64,000 nt of DNA from Candidatus Limnocylindria bacterium (lineage in GTDB: Bacteria; Chloroflexota; Limnocylindria; P2-11E), in the NCBI GenBank assembly GCA_050692175.1, contig JBOGTG010000078.1:2088-66087 (forward strand), read 5' to 3'. The notes beneath the pieces were generated by a model, which saw nothing but the letters and a program-made list of their open reading frames with translations, did no database searches and was not told where the DNA came from. Position numbers and translations under genes: made by a program. Shown here in pieces: positions 36,451 through 45,178 of this stretch; position 1 is the first letter of the stretch; each line of letters begins with the position of its first letter.

Positions 36451-36837
36451 ACGGCGAAGGTCACCGGTCTCGGCGGCGCTTTCTTTCGTGCTCGTGACGT
36501 AGACGCGCTCGCAGACTGGTACCGCACGCACCTCGGAATCCCCGTCGAACCCGGCGGCTGGTCCGTCTTCGAATGGCGCGATCGTGACGACCGCGATCGC
36601 GTCGGCTCGACGGTGTGGTCCCTCTTCAAGCGGGACACGACCTACTTCGGCCCGGGTGAGCCCGCGTTCATGCTGAACTACCGCGTCGACGACCTCGACG
36701 CGCTGATCGCCAAGCTTCAGGCCGAAGGGATCGAGGTCGGTCCCGAGCGGTCCCAGGACGAGAACGGGCGCTTCGCGTGGATCACCGACCCCGAGGGTCA
36801 TCGCATCGAGCTCTGGGAGCCGGCGCCCGGACACTGA
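36451..36837 (+). CDS. VOC family protein lacking a canonical start codon (ACG at the expected Met position, in frame with the HesB stop)
   Basis: A full VOC domain (AKVTGLGGAFFRARDVDALADWYRTHLGI...ITDPEGHRIELWEP) begins right after the TAG at 36442. The first ATG/GTG/TTG in frame is GTG 36613, in mid-domain. Confidence 0.6.
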   Translation, partial: TAKVTGLGGAFFRARDVDALADWYRTHLGIPVEPGGWSVFEWRDRDDRDRVGSTVWSLFKRDTTYFGPGEPAFMLNYRVDDLDALIAKLQAEGIEVGPERSQDENGRFAWITDPEGHRIELWEPAPGH

Positions 36838-37358
36838 TGAAGCGCGCGCTCGTCATCGTCGACATGATCGAGGACTTCGTCCACGAGGGCGGCGCGCTTT
36901 ACTGCGGTCCGTCGATGGCCCGCATCGTCCCGGTCATCCAGAAGGAGATTGCGCGAGCGCGCGCCGCGGGTGAACCGGTTATGTACCTGACCGACAACCA
37001 TCTTCCCGGCGACGCCGAGTTCCAGGTGTTCCCACCGCACGCGATCGTCGGAACGAAAGGCGCGGAGATCGTGCCCGAGCTCAAGCCCGGCAGGGATGAC
37101 CTTGTGGTTCCCAAGCGCCGATACTCGGGGTTCTTCGGTACAGACCTCGACATCACGCTGCGGGAGCGGGGCGTCGACACCGTTCGCCTCGTGGGCGACT
37201 GCACCAACATCTGCGTGCTCTACACCGCCGCGGATGCGCGCAACCTCGGCTACGCGGTCGAGGTGCTCGAAGCCGGCGTTACCTCATTCGACGAGCAAGC
37301 GCACCGCGACGCGTTGCGCGAGCTCGAGAAGACTCTCGGAGCGAAGATCCTCCGCTAG
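36837..37358 (+). CDS. isochorismatase family cysteine hydrolase (nicotinamidase-like)
   Basis: MKRALVIVDMIEDF, KRRYSGFFGTDLD and the catalytic Cys block LVGDCTNICV. The ATG overlaps the upstream TGA by 1 nt. Confidence 0.9.
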   Translation: MKRALVIVDMIEDFVHEGGALYCGPSMARIVPVIQKEIARARAAGEPVMYLTDNHLPGDAEFQVFPPHAIVGTKGAEIVPELKPGRDDLVVPKRRYSGFFGTDLDITLRERGVDTVRLVGDCTNICVLYTAADARNLGYAVEVLEAGVTSFDEQAHRDALRELEKTLGAKILR

Positions 37359-37780
37359 ATCTCCTTGAAGCGCATCTCCCGCAGAAGCCTGGTGCCGATC
37401 GCCTCCCGGACCTCCTCGCGCTTGCGATACATCTCCTCCATGCCCCCGAGGGAACCGAAGATCTTTTTCACCGTGGCGTCGAACTTGTCTCGCTCGTCCA
37501 GGGCGGCGAAATTCGGGAATTCGATCATCAAGAGATGCGTGAAGTCATCGCGATTTGACGGAGGGCCAACGAGGATCTTGTAGGACAACACGATTCCGTT
37601 CTTCTTGTGCTCGTCCATTGCCTTCTTCCACGTATCGGCAAGCCGACGTCCGTACTCGAGCTCCTGTCCGGGCTTGACCCGGATGAAGTCCACTGCCCAG
37701 ACCGACTCGGCAGTCCACGGACGCTCCTGGTCAAGCGCGGTCGTCTCCTTCTTGCGCTCCGGTGCAACTGCGGTAGCCAT
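37355..37780 (-). CDS. hypothetical protein (lower-GC gene)
   Basis: ATG 37780 (MATAVAPERKK...). 141 aa, rich in Lys, Glu and Phe, and visibly AT-richer than its neighbours. No family recognised. Confidence 0.6.
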   Translation of the reverse strand: MATAVAPERKKETTALDQERPWTAESVWAVDFIRVKPGQELEYGRRLADTWKKAMDEHKKNGIVLSYKILVGPPSNRDDFTHLLMIEFPNFAALDERDKFDATVKKIFGSLGGMEEMYRKREEVREAIGTRLLREMRFKEI

Positions 37781-37852
37781 AACGCCTCCCCTTCGATCGC
37801 TCGTAACTGACCGCCGGACATTACTCCGCTCGGGCAAGCACAGAGACTGCCG

Positions 37853-38449
37853 CTACCCGAGGGCGACCCGCGCCGCGAGAGCGAGGATGATCAGCGAGCT
37901 CACGACCGCCGTGATGCGCTGCAGCCGCGGCGTGAGACGGCCGTGCAGAAACGCCCCGACAAGAGCGAGAACCTCCTGCCACGACAACGACGCCAGGGAC
38001 GCCCCGAGGGCAAACAGCGCGCGGCTAGCGAAGTCAGCCGAGACTTCCGGCAGCGCGATCGCGAGCGAGACGAAGTAGATGACGGTCGGTGGATTGAGCA
38101 TGGTGAGTCCAAGGAACATCAGGTAGGTATTGGCGGTGCGGGCCGCGCCGGATTCCCGCTCGATCGGCTGAGGCACCGCGAGCACACCCCGGAGCGCAAT
38201 GACGGCGAGCGCCGTGCCAGCCACGAGACGAGCTCCCGGCAGGATCGGCGCGAAGGCCGAGGCGGCGGCGCCGAAGAACATTGCGGCCGTCGCGAAGACG
38301 AGATCGGCCGTCGCCGCACCCGCTCCGGCGGCGGCAGCAGCGCGGAACCCTTGCCGCACGCCGGTCCGCAGGATGAGCAGGGCGATCGGACCGAAAGGGA
38401 TGGCGATCGCGTAGCCCGCCGCGACGCCGAGGAGGAACGCTTGCTCCAC
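37853..38449 (-). CDS. LysE/ArgO family amino-acid exporter
   Basis: 198 aa. FLLGVAAGYAIAIPFGPIALLILRTGV and LTMLNPPTVIYF are typical of the LysE type. Confidence 0.8.
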   Translation of the reverse strand: MEQAFLLGVAAGYAIAIPFGPIALLILRTGVRQGFRAAAAAGAGAATADLVFATAAMFFGAAASAFAPILPGARLVAGTALAVIALRGVLAVPQPIERESGAARTANTYLMFLGLTMLNPPTVIYFVSLAIALPEVSADFASRALFALGASLASLSWQEVLALVGAFLHGRLTPRLQRITAVVSSLIILALAARVALG

Positions 38450-39697
38450 TTAGACGTTCGTCTTGTTGAAGCGCTTCGCCTTCATGTCGAAACGCGGCAG
38501 CGTCCCAGGCGCGACCGCGTGGACAACGCACCGGATACCAAGCTCCCGATGGATCGCGTCCGCGACGCGATCGGCGACGTCCGCGGGGGCTTCGACGGCG
38601 CAGCGAAGCTCGTCCATCTCGCGCACCCGCGCCAGCTCGACCCGATACTCACCCACCTCCTCGAAGCGGCGGACGATCGCCTCGATCGCGCTCGGGAACA
38701 CGTTCACGCCCCTGACGGTGACCATGTCGTCGACCCGGCCGGCAATTCCGCCGGCCAGCTTCACGAGTGTGCGCCCGCACGAGCACGCGCCGCGCACGGC
38801 TTGCACTCGGTCGCCGGTCCGGTACCGAATGACCGGCATGCCCCAGCGACCGAGGTTCGTGAGGACGAGCTCGCCTTCACCTTCCTCCCGCGCCTCACCT
38901 GTCCGCGCATCGAGGATCTCGGCTATGAACTCCGCTTCGTTGATGTGCACACCGTCGCGCGCGGAGCACGAGAAGCCGTGCGCACCAACCTCGGTCGCGC
39001 CGGTGTGATCGAAGGATTCGACGCCCAGCTCTTTCTCGATGCGCTCGCGTGTCGCGGGGATCGAGGCGCCCGGCTCGCCAGCGTGGATAGACACGCGCAG
39101 GGCCGATCGGGCGAGGTCGATCCCCTCTTCACGTGCGGCCTCGGCGAGACGGAGCGCGTACGTCGGCGTGCACATGAGGACGGTCGCCTCGGTCGCGAGG
39201 ATCGACGCGACACGCTCGGTCGTCGTCATCGCGCCGCCGGTCAAGCACAGCGCGCCGAGTCGCCCGGCGCCGGCGAATGCCGACCAGAAACCGACGAACG
39301 GTCCGAACGAGAACGCGAAGAAGATCCGATCGCGCGCCGTGACCCCGGCCGCCCGGTAGATCGGCTGCCAACACTCGCGCCACCATTCCCACGACTCGGC
39401 CGTGTCGAGAAAGCGCAGCGGCCGTCCGGTCGTCCCGCTCGTCTGGTGAAGACGGACGTACCGCTCGATCGGATACGTGAGATTCGAGCCGAACGGCGGG
39501 TGTGCGGCTTGATCCTCGGAGAGGTCGGCCTTCGTCGTCAATGGGAGGTCGCCGAGGGTGCGCGCGTGGTCCGGGAGCTTCGCGCGGTAGAAGGGATTCT
39601 TCTCGCGGAGCTCGGGCAGCCTCGACGAGAGCCTCTCCCACTGCGCGTCCCGCCGCACCGTGTCGGTCCACGTTTCGAATACCCCGAGTCCGCTCAT
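38450..39697 (-). CDS. phenylacetate--CoA ligase family (PaaK-like/F390-synthetase-like) adenylate-forming enzyme
   Basis: NPFYRAKL, LHQTSGTTGRPL, the FSFGPFVGFW pattern and VTVRGVNVFPS. The stop abuts the LysE start (0-nt gap). Confidence 0.9.
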   Translation of the reverse strand: MSGLGVFETWTDTVRRDAQWERLSSRLPELREKNPFYRAKLPDHARTLGDLPLTTKADLSEDQAAHPPFGSNLTYPIERYVRLHQTSGTTGRPLRFLDTAESWEWWRECWQPIYRAAGVTARDRIFFAFSFGPFVGFWSAFAGAGRLGALCLTGGAMTTTERVASILATEATVLMCTPTYALRLAEAAREEGIDLARSALRVSIHAGEPGASIPATRERIEKELGVESFDHTGATEVGAHGFSCSARDGVHINEAEFIAEILDARTGEAREEGEGELVLTNLGRWGMPVIRYRTGDRVQAVRGACSCGRTLVKLAGGIAGRVDDMVTVRGVNVFPSAIEAIVRRFEEVGEYRVELARVREMDELRCAVEAPADVADRVADAIHRELGIRCVVHAVAPGTLPRFDMKAKRFNKTNV

Positions 39698-39763
39698 CGG
39701 TGCGCGGAGTCTACCGACGCAGCGCCCCCGACCTGACACAGGAGTACCATCCGCCGTACGCGT

Positions 39764-40423
39764 ATGGCAGAGAGTACGGGGACGATCCGTCCGGTCCCGG
39801 CCGTCGACAAAGCCGCGCGCGTGCTGCGCGCCCTCGCCGAGGGCGGACGCCCCATGGGCATCAGCGAGCTCGCGCGTGCTCTCGATGTCTCAAAGGGCAC
39901 GCTGCGCGACGTGCTCCTCACCCTCGCCCATTTCGGCTTTGTCGTGCGCGACCCCGACACGCGCTTCCGGCTTGGCCCCGAGCTCCGCACGCTGGCCGAC
40001 GCCTCGGCCCCGGATCTCCGCTCGCTCGCGCAGCCCTATCTCGTCTCGCTCATGGAAGGCTTCGGAGAGACGGCCATCCTCGGGCTCGTCGTCGACGGCA
40101 GCCTCGAGATCGCCGCGCGCGCTGAACCCGCGACCGACCTGCACATGACCGCGCCGCTCGGGCGCCGACTTCCGCTCGGTAAGGGCGCTCATGGAAAGGT
40201 GCTCAGCACGAGTGCGGATGTCGGGTACGACGACCAGGAGCTGTTCGCCGGAGTGCGCGCGGTCGCCGCGCCGATCGTGGACGCTCGCGGCCGGCGGATC
40301 GCCGTCGTGATGGTCGTCGGGTTCAAGGAGCGCGTCGACCTTCGCACGCTTCGGCGCATCGGCGAGCGGTGCGTTTCGGCGGCGCGCGCGCTTTCGCGGC
40401 GTATCGGCGCGGAGGCGGCGTGA
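39764..40423 (+). CDS. IclR family transcriptional regulator
   Basis: N-terminal wHTH: VDKAARVLRALAEGGRPMGISELARALDVSKGTLRDVLLTL. The C-terminal effector domain has AVAAPIVDARGRRIAVVMV. Confidence 0.9.
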   Translation: MAESTGTIRPVPAVDKAARVLRALAEGGRPMGISELARALDVSKGTLRDVLLTLAHFGFVVRDPDTRFRLGPELRTLADASAPDLRSLAQPYLVSLMEGFGETAILGLVVDGSLEIAARAEPATDLHMTAPLGRRLPLGKGAHGKVLSTSADVGYDDQELFAGVRAVAAPIVDARGRRIAVVMVVGFKERVDLRTLRRIGERCVSAARALSRRIGAEAA

Positions 40424-40971
40424 CCAAGCAGCTCGTGACGCTCCGTGTGAACGGAGAGCCGCGAACGGTCGCGGTCGACACGCACCACACGCTCCTCGAA
40501 GTCCTTCGCGAGGAGCTCGGCCTCACCGGCACGAAGCACGGGTGCGAGCTCGGCGAATGCGGCGCCTGCACCGTGCTCGTCGACGGCGTGCCGGTCCTGG
40601 CCTGTCTCACGCTCCCCGCGCTCGTGGGCGACGCCGAGGTCACGACGGTCGAGGGCCTCGCGATCGGGGAAAAGCTCCACCCGCTGCAGATCGCCTTCGC
40701 CGAAGAGGGCGCGGCGCAGTGCGGCTACTGCACCCCCGGCATGCTCATGACGGCGAAGGCGCTGCTCGACAACACAGCGCGACCGACGCGCGCGCAGATC
40801 GCATCGGCGATCAGCGGCAACCTCTGCCGCTGCACCGGCTACACGGCCATTTACGAAGCGATAGAGAAGGCTGCGTTAGAGAGCGAGAGGACCCAACGCG
40901 AGGGGGGTGCGGGGGCACAGCCCCTGCGAAGAGCAGGTGCGCGATCGCTCACGGGAGCGCAGCTCCCGTGA
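40420..40971 (+). CDS. (2Fe-2S)-binding small subunit of an xanthine-dehydrogenase-family molybdenum hydroxylase
   Basis: GTG 40420 overlaps the IclR stop (GTGA), with SD GGAGG at 40411. CELGECGACTV and QCGYCTPG...CRCTGY cluster motifs. Confidence 0.9.
   Translation: MTKQLVTLRVNGEPRTVAVDTHHTLLEVLREELGLTGTKHGCELGECGACTVLVDGVPVLACLTLPALVGDAEVTTVEGLAIGEKLHPLQIAFAEEGAAQCGYCTPGMLMTAKALLDNTARPTRAQIASAISGNLCRCTGYTAIYEAIEKAALESERTQREGGAGAQPLRRAGARSLTGAQLP
40899..40926. repeat. short G-run/C-run hairpin element (inverted orientation) inside the 3' tail of the small-subunit ORF
   Basis: CGAGGGGGGTGCGGGGGCACAGCCCCTG. The reverse complement aligns with the copies at 43366 and 50192. The stem is GCGGGGGC/GCCCCTGC with a 3-nt loop. 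Confidence 0.55.
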
Positions 40972-43403
40972 GCGAGTTCTCCGTCATCGGCCGGCGTCTG
41001 CCGAAGGTCAACTCGTGGGCCCACCTCACCGGAGAGGCGCGCTACGCCGACGACTTCTTCCTGCCGCGAATGCTCTACGGGCGCGTCCTGCGATCGGCGC
41101 GGCCGCACGCCCGCATTCGCCGCATCGACGTGACGCGGGCGGCTGCGCACCCCGGCGTCGTCGCGATCGTGACTGGTGCGGACATGCCCGAGAAGATGGG
41201 CATCATGCCGTCGACGCAGGACGAGACGGCACTCGCCGTCGATCGCGTCCGCTACGTCGGAGAGCCGGTGGCGGCTGTCGCCGCACTGGACGAGGACACC
41301 GCCTTCGACGCGCTCTCGCTCATCACCGTTGACTACGAAGACCTGGAGCCGATCTTCACGATCGAGGAGGCCCTCGAGCGCGAGGACGTGAAGATCCACG
41401 ACGAGGCCAAGCGCGCCAACGTGTTCAAGGAAGTCCACCTGTCCTTCGGCGACCTCGACGCCGGGTTCGCGAGCGCCGACCACGTGCGCGACGACTGGTT
41501 CTTCTTCGAGGGCAACACGCACGCGCCGATCGAGTCGCACAGCGCGGTCGCGTCGTACGGCCCCGACGACAAGCTCACGCTCTGGACCGCGACGCAGGTG
41601 CCCCACTACCTGCATCGCGAGCTCGAGAAGGTGCTCCACCTGCCGCGCTCGCGCATCAGGGTCATCGCCACGCCGAACGGTGGCGCGTTCGGTGGCAAGA
41701 GCGATCCCTTCGGTCACGAGTTCGCGGCCGCGCTCCTCTCCATGCGCACGCGGCGTCCGGTGAAGATCACGCTCGACCGCGAGGAGGTCTTCTACGCGCA
41801 CCGTGGCCGGCACCCGGTCAAGATGCGAATCCGCACCGGCGTCAAAGAGGACGGCGAGATCACCGCGGTGCATTACCAGAGCTGGCTCGATGGCGGCGCG
41901 TACGCGTCGTACGGCATCGCCACCACCTATTACACCGGTGCGCTGCTCACGGTCACCTACCGCATCCCCGCGTACAAGTTCGACGGAGTGCGCGTCTACA
42001 CGAACAAGCCACCGTGCGGGCCGAAGCGTGGGCACGGCACGACGCAGCCGCGGTATGGATTCGAGTGCCAGATCGACAAGATCGCTGAGGACCTCGGCAT
42101 CGATCCGCTGGAGTATCGAAAGAAGATCCTGCAGCCGGCGAACAGCCGCACGGTGAACGACCTGCGTATCACGTCTATGGGCTTGGGCGAATGCCTGGAT
42201 GCGCTCCAGCGCGCGACGCGCTACTCGGACCGCCGCGGCCAGCTGGGCCGCGGCAAGGGCATCGGTCTGGCCGGCAGCGCGTACATCTCCGGCGCGGGCC
42301 TGCCGATCTACTGGAACGAGATGCCCCACTCCGGTGCCGAGATCCGCATCGATCGCGGCGGTGGGGTCACCGTCATGTGCGGCACCTCCGAGATCGGCCA
42401 GGGCTCCGACAACATGCTCGCGTCGGTCGCGGCGGAAGCCCTGGGCGTGATGCCCGCCGACGTGCACGTGGTCTCGGGGGACACCTCGCTCGCACCGGTC
42501 GACCTCGGAAGCTACTCGAGCCGCGTGACCTTCATGGCCGGCAATGCCGTGAAGGACGCGGCGATGAAGCTCCGCGCGCTCCTCGTTGCCGCCGCCGCGG
42601 AAAAGCTCGACGTCCCGGCGGACCGCCTGCTCGCCGCGTACGGTCGCATCTACGACCGCAACGATCCCGCGAAGTTCATCGACTTCGCGGACGCCGCCGT
42701 GCTCGCCGAGTCCAAGCACGGAACGCTCGTGGCCGCCGGGAGCTACAAGCCGCCCAAGGGTATCGGCGGCTCGTTCAAGGGAGCCGGGGTCGGACCCACG
42801 CCCGCGTACTCGTACCAGGCCGCGGTCGCCGAGGTGACCGTCGATCTCGAGTCCGGCATGGTTACGGTCGACAAAGTGACGACGGCCCACGACTGCGGCC
42901 GGGCGCTCAACCCCGCGAATGTGGAAGGTCAGGTCGAAGGGTCCGCGTACATGGGCTACGGCGAGATCATCGGGGAGGAGCAGGTCTTCCGGGGCGGGCT
43001 CCACAAGAAGCCGTCGCTCCTCGACTACAAGATCCCGACATCGCTGGACACACCGGTCCTCGAAGCGATCGTCGTCGAGAGCGTCGACGCCGAGGGACCC
43101 TTTGGCGCGAAGGAGGCCGGCGAGGGCCCGCTCAACCCGGTGATCCCGGCGATCGCGAACGCGGTCTACGACGCGATCGGCGTGCGCTTCGACGAGACGC
43201 CGATCACCGCGGAGAAAGTCCTCGACGCGCTCGGCAAGCGTGACCGGCGTGGCGAGCCGAAGACGCGCATAGGGCCCGATGGACTCGACAGTGGGAAGGG
43301 CGATCCGAAGCGCGCGCTGCGACGCCTCTCCGCGTCGACCGACGCGCGCGAGCGCAAGAGCCATCGGGGGGCTCCGCCCCCCGACCCCCGGGTTTCGAAC
43401 TAG
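40968..43403 (+). CDS. molybdopterin-binding large subunit of an xanthine-dehydrogenase-family hydroxylase
   Basis: GTG 40968 overlaps the upstream stop (GTGA). GRRLPKVNSWAHLTGEARYADD, NGGAFGGKSD and the active-site region FGAKEAGEGPLNPVIPAIANAV. About 811 aa with an unusual basic/Pro-rich C-terminal tail. Confidence 0.9.
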   Translation: MSEFSVIGRRLPKVNSWAHLTGEARYADDFFLPRMLYGRVLRSARPHARIRRIDVTRAAAHPGVVAIVTGADMPEKMGIMPSTQDETALAVDRVRYVGEPVAAVAALDEDTAFDALSLITVDYEDLEPIFTIEEALEREDVKIHDEAKRANVFKEVHLSFGDLDAGFASADHVRDDWFFFEGNTHAPIESHSAVASYGPDDKLTLWTATQVPHYLHRELEKVLHLPRSRIRVIATPNGGAFGGKSDPFGHEFAAALLSMRTRRPVKITLDREEVFYAHRGRHPVKMRIRTGVKEDGEITAVHYQSWLDGGAYASYGIATTYYTGALLTVTYRIPAYKFDGVRVYTNKPPCGPKRGHGTTQPRYGFECQIDKIAEDLGIDPLEYRKKILQPANSRTVNDLRITSMGLGECLDALQRATRYSDRRGQLGRGKGIGLAGSAYISGAGLPIYWNEMPHSGAEIRIDRGGGVTVMCGTSEIGQGSDNMLASVAAEALGVMPADVHVVSGDTSLAPVDLGSYSSRVTFMAGNAVKDAAMKLRALLVAAAAEKLDVPADRLLAAYGRIYDRNDPAKFIDFADAAVLAESKHGTLVAAGSYKPPKGIGGSFKGAGVGPTPAYSYQAAVAEVTVDLESGMVTVDKVTTAHDCGRALNPANVEGQVEGSAYMGYGEIIGEEQVFRGGLHKKPSLLDYKIPTSLDTPVLEAIVVESVDAEGPFGAKEAGEGPLNPVIPAIANAVYDAIGVRFDETPITAEKVLDALGKRDRRGEPKTRIGPDGLDSGKGDPKRALRRLSASTDARERKSHRGAPPPDPRVSN
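43366..43392. repeat. short G-run/C-run hairpin element inside the 3' tail of the large-subunit ORF
   Basis: GGGGGGCTCCGCCCCCCGACCCCCGGG. The stem GGGGGGC/GCCCCCC has a 3-nt loop and sits 11 nt before the next cistron start. Confidence 0.55.
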
Positions 43404-44422
43404 TGCTGCGCCTGCCACGTTTCCGCCTCGTCGAGCCGCGCTCCTACGGCGAGGCCGCGGAGCTCCTCGCCGAAAACGGGGCCGGCGCGCTCGATCGAGC
43501 CAGCGGCACGCCGACGCTCCACGTGATGCTCGTCGCCGGCGGGACCGATCTCTTCCCGAACATGAAACGGCGTCAGTTCACGCCGGAGGTGCTCATCTCG
43601 CTCGCGCGCGTGCGCGACGCCGCCGGCATCCAGTGGAACGGCCATCTCGACATCAGCGCCGGAACGACGCTGTCCGACATCGCACGCGACCCGGGTATCC
43701 GCGAGCGGGCCACGGCGCTCGCCGAGGCCGCGGACGTCGTGAGCACACCGCAGCTACGCAACATGGGCACGATCGGCGGGAACATCTGTCTCGACACGCG
43801 ATGCAACTGGTACGATCAGTCGCTCTTCTGGCGCATGGCCGAAGGGTTTTGCATGAAGACCAATCCCGAGGTCGTGTGCCGCGTCGCGACGTCGAGCCCG
43901 CGCTGCCTCGCCGTTGCCAGCGCCGACACCGTGCCTGCGCTTCTCGTGCTCGGCGCGACCGTGCATTTCGAGGATGCGAGCGGCGCGCGCGAGGTGCCGC
44001 TCTCCGAGCTCTACCGCGAGGACGGCATCCGTCCCATGGTCATGCGCCAGGACGAGGTGCTCACCGACATCACGCTGCCTGCGGGCGAGGACGGGTGGCG
44101 AAGCACATACATGAAGCTCCGCGATCGCAACTCGTTCGACTTCCCGATCGCGGCGGTGGCGGCCGCGGTTCGCTGGGACGGCTCACGGGTGGCGGCTGCG
44201 CGCATCGCCATCACGGCGCTCGGGTCGCGACCGCTCCTCGTCGAGACCGCGGCGTCACAGCTCGTCGGCACCCGCCTCGACGACGTGACCATCGCGGTCG
44301 CCGCCGAGGCGGTCCACAAGGTCGCGCGGCCGATGGACAACACCTCCGGCACGATCTCCCAGCGCAAACGCGCGGCCCTCGTGTTCACCGAGCGCGCGCT
44401 GCGTTCTCTCCGCCCGGCCTAG
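43403..44422 (+). CDS. FAD-binding medium subunit (CoxM/XdhB-like) with Cys-rich insertion
   Basis: LVAGGTDLFPNMK and NMGTIGGNI FAD-domain motifs. Insertion ICLDTRCNWYDQSLFWRMAEGFCMKTNPEVVCRVATSSPRC. 339 aa. Confidence 0.9.
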   Translation: MLRLPRFRLVEPRSYGEAAELLAENGAGALDRASGTPTLHVMLVAGGTDLFPNMKRRQFTPEVLISLARVRDAAGIQWNGHLDISAGTTLSDIARDPGIRERATALAEAADVVSTPQLRNMGTIGGNICLDTRCNWYDQSLFWRMAEGFCMKTNPEVVCRVATSSPRCLAVASADTVPALLVLGATVHFEDASGAREVPLSELYREDGIRPMVMRQDEVLTDITLPAGEDGWRSTYMKLRDRNSFDFPIAAVAAAVRWDGSRVAAARIAITALGSRPLLVETAASQLVGTRLDDVTIAVAAEAVHKVARPMDNTSGTISQRKRAALVFTERALRSLRPA

Positions 44423-44424
44423 GC

Positions 44425-45006
44425 ATGCGCGCCGTCGCGGTGGTGACCGCCGCGGGATCCGCGGAGCGGTTCGGTGGAAAGAAACTCCTCACCCCCATCG
44501 ACGGCGAGCCGCTCCTCGATCACACGATCCGCGCCCTGCTCGACGGCGGGGTCGCCGAGGTGATCGTCGTCGTGGGACGCGACGCGCGCGCGGAGCTCGA
44601 ACGCGATGTCAACACGATGCTCGACCCACGCGTCCGTGCGGTCGAGAACCCCGATCCGTCGCGCGGGATGTTCAGCTCGATCCAGGAGGGCGTCGCGCAG
44701 GCACAGGGCGACACGATCCTCGTGATGCCCGGAGACATGCCCTTCCTGTCGCCCGACACCGTCCGCGCGGTCATCGCCGCGTACGCGGACAAGCCGGCGA
44801 TCGTCTCGCCTCGCTACCACGGGAAGCGCGGCCACCCCGTGGCGTTGCCCGCATGGCTGCGTGACGAGATCCGTGCGGCCGACCCGCGCGCGACTCTCCA
44901 CGACGTGATTCACGCCCACGCCGACATGCGAGTGGACGTCGACGTCGAGGACCGTGGGGTCGTGCGAGACGTGGACCGAGTTGAAGACCTAGCCAACCCT
45001 GAATAG
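44425..45006 (+). CDS. MobA/MocA-like nucleotidyltransferase (molybdenum cofactor cytidylyl/guanylyl-transferase family)
   Basis: MRAVAVVTAAGSAERFGGKKLL...MPGDMPFLSPDTV. ATG 44425 lies 2 nt after the upstream stop. Confidence 0.85.
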   Translation: MRAVAVVTAAGSAERFGGKKLLTPIDGEPLLDHTIRALLDGGVAEVIVVVGRDARAELERDVNTMLDPRVRAVENPDPSRGMFSSIQEGVAQAQGDTILVMPGDMPFLSPDTVRAVIAAYADKPAIVSPRYHGKRGHPVALPAWLRDEIRAADPRATLHDVIHAHADMRVDVDVEDRGVVRDVDRVEDLANPE

Positions 45007-45092
45007 GCGCCGGGACGAGAGTCTCGCGGCGCAGCGGGAGCCGGCGACCGTGGTCGCCGGAGGGACCCGCGAGCACGCGAGGCCCTTGGAAC

Positions 45093-45146
45093 GGCGCCGA
45101 TCCGAGGCGGCTCTGGCTCGGCCCCGGCGCCTGAGCGCGCTTTTCT
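45093..45146 (+). terminator. nested stem-loop followed by a T-run (possible terminator or attenuator)
   Basis: GGCGCCG (45093-45099) pairs with CGGCGCC (45125-45131), enclosing a CCGAG/CTCGG stem. The T-run CTTTTCT lies at 45140-45146, separated from the stem by 9 nt. Confidence 0.3.
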
Positions 45147-45178
45147 AAGAACTCGGACGGAAGGCGGATACTGGGTAG

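Noticed and set aside
36070-36834. 254-aa minus-strand ORF covering the HesB and VOC genes.
   Set aside because: It has no motifs, whereas the plus strand carries the CGCGQSF HesB signature and a full VOC domain. It is a shadow ORF.
40420-44422. Possible aerobic carbon-monoxide dehydrogenase (CoxSLM).
   Set aside because: The large subunit does not show the form-I CODH active-site loop (VAYRCSFR-type). The gene context (IclR, CoA ligase, MocA, XdhC) points to an organic-substrate hydroxylase. I cannot assign the substrate.
45007-45178. Structured 172-nt spacer before xdhC considered as a Moco riboswitch.
   Set aside because: I could not recognise the conserved Moco-motif core. The stems seen are generic GC hairpins followed by a displaced T-run, so I kept it only as a low-confidence terminator-like element.
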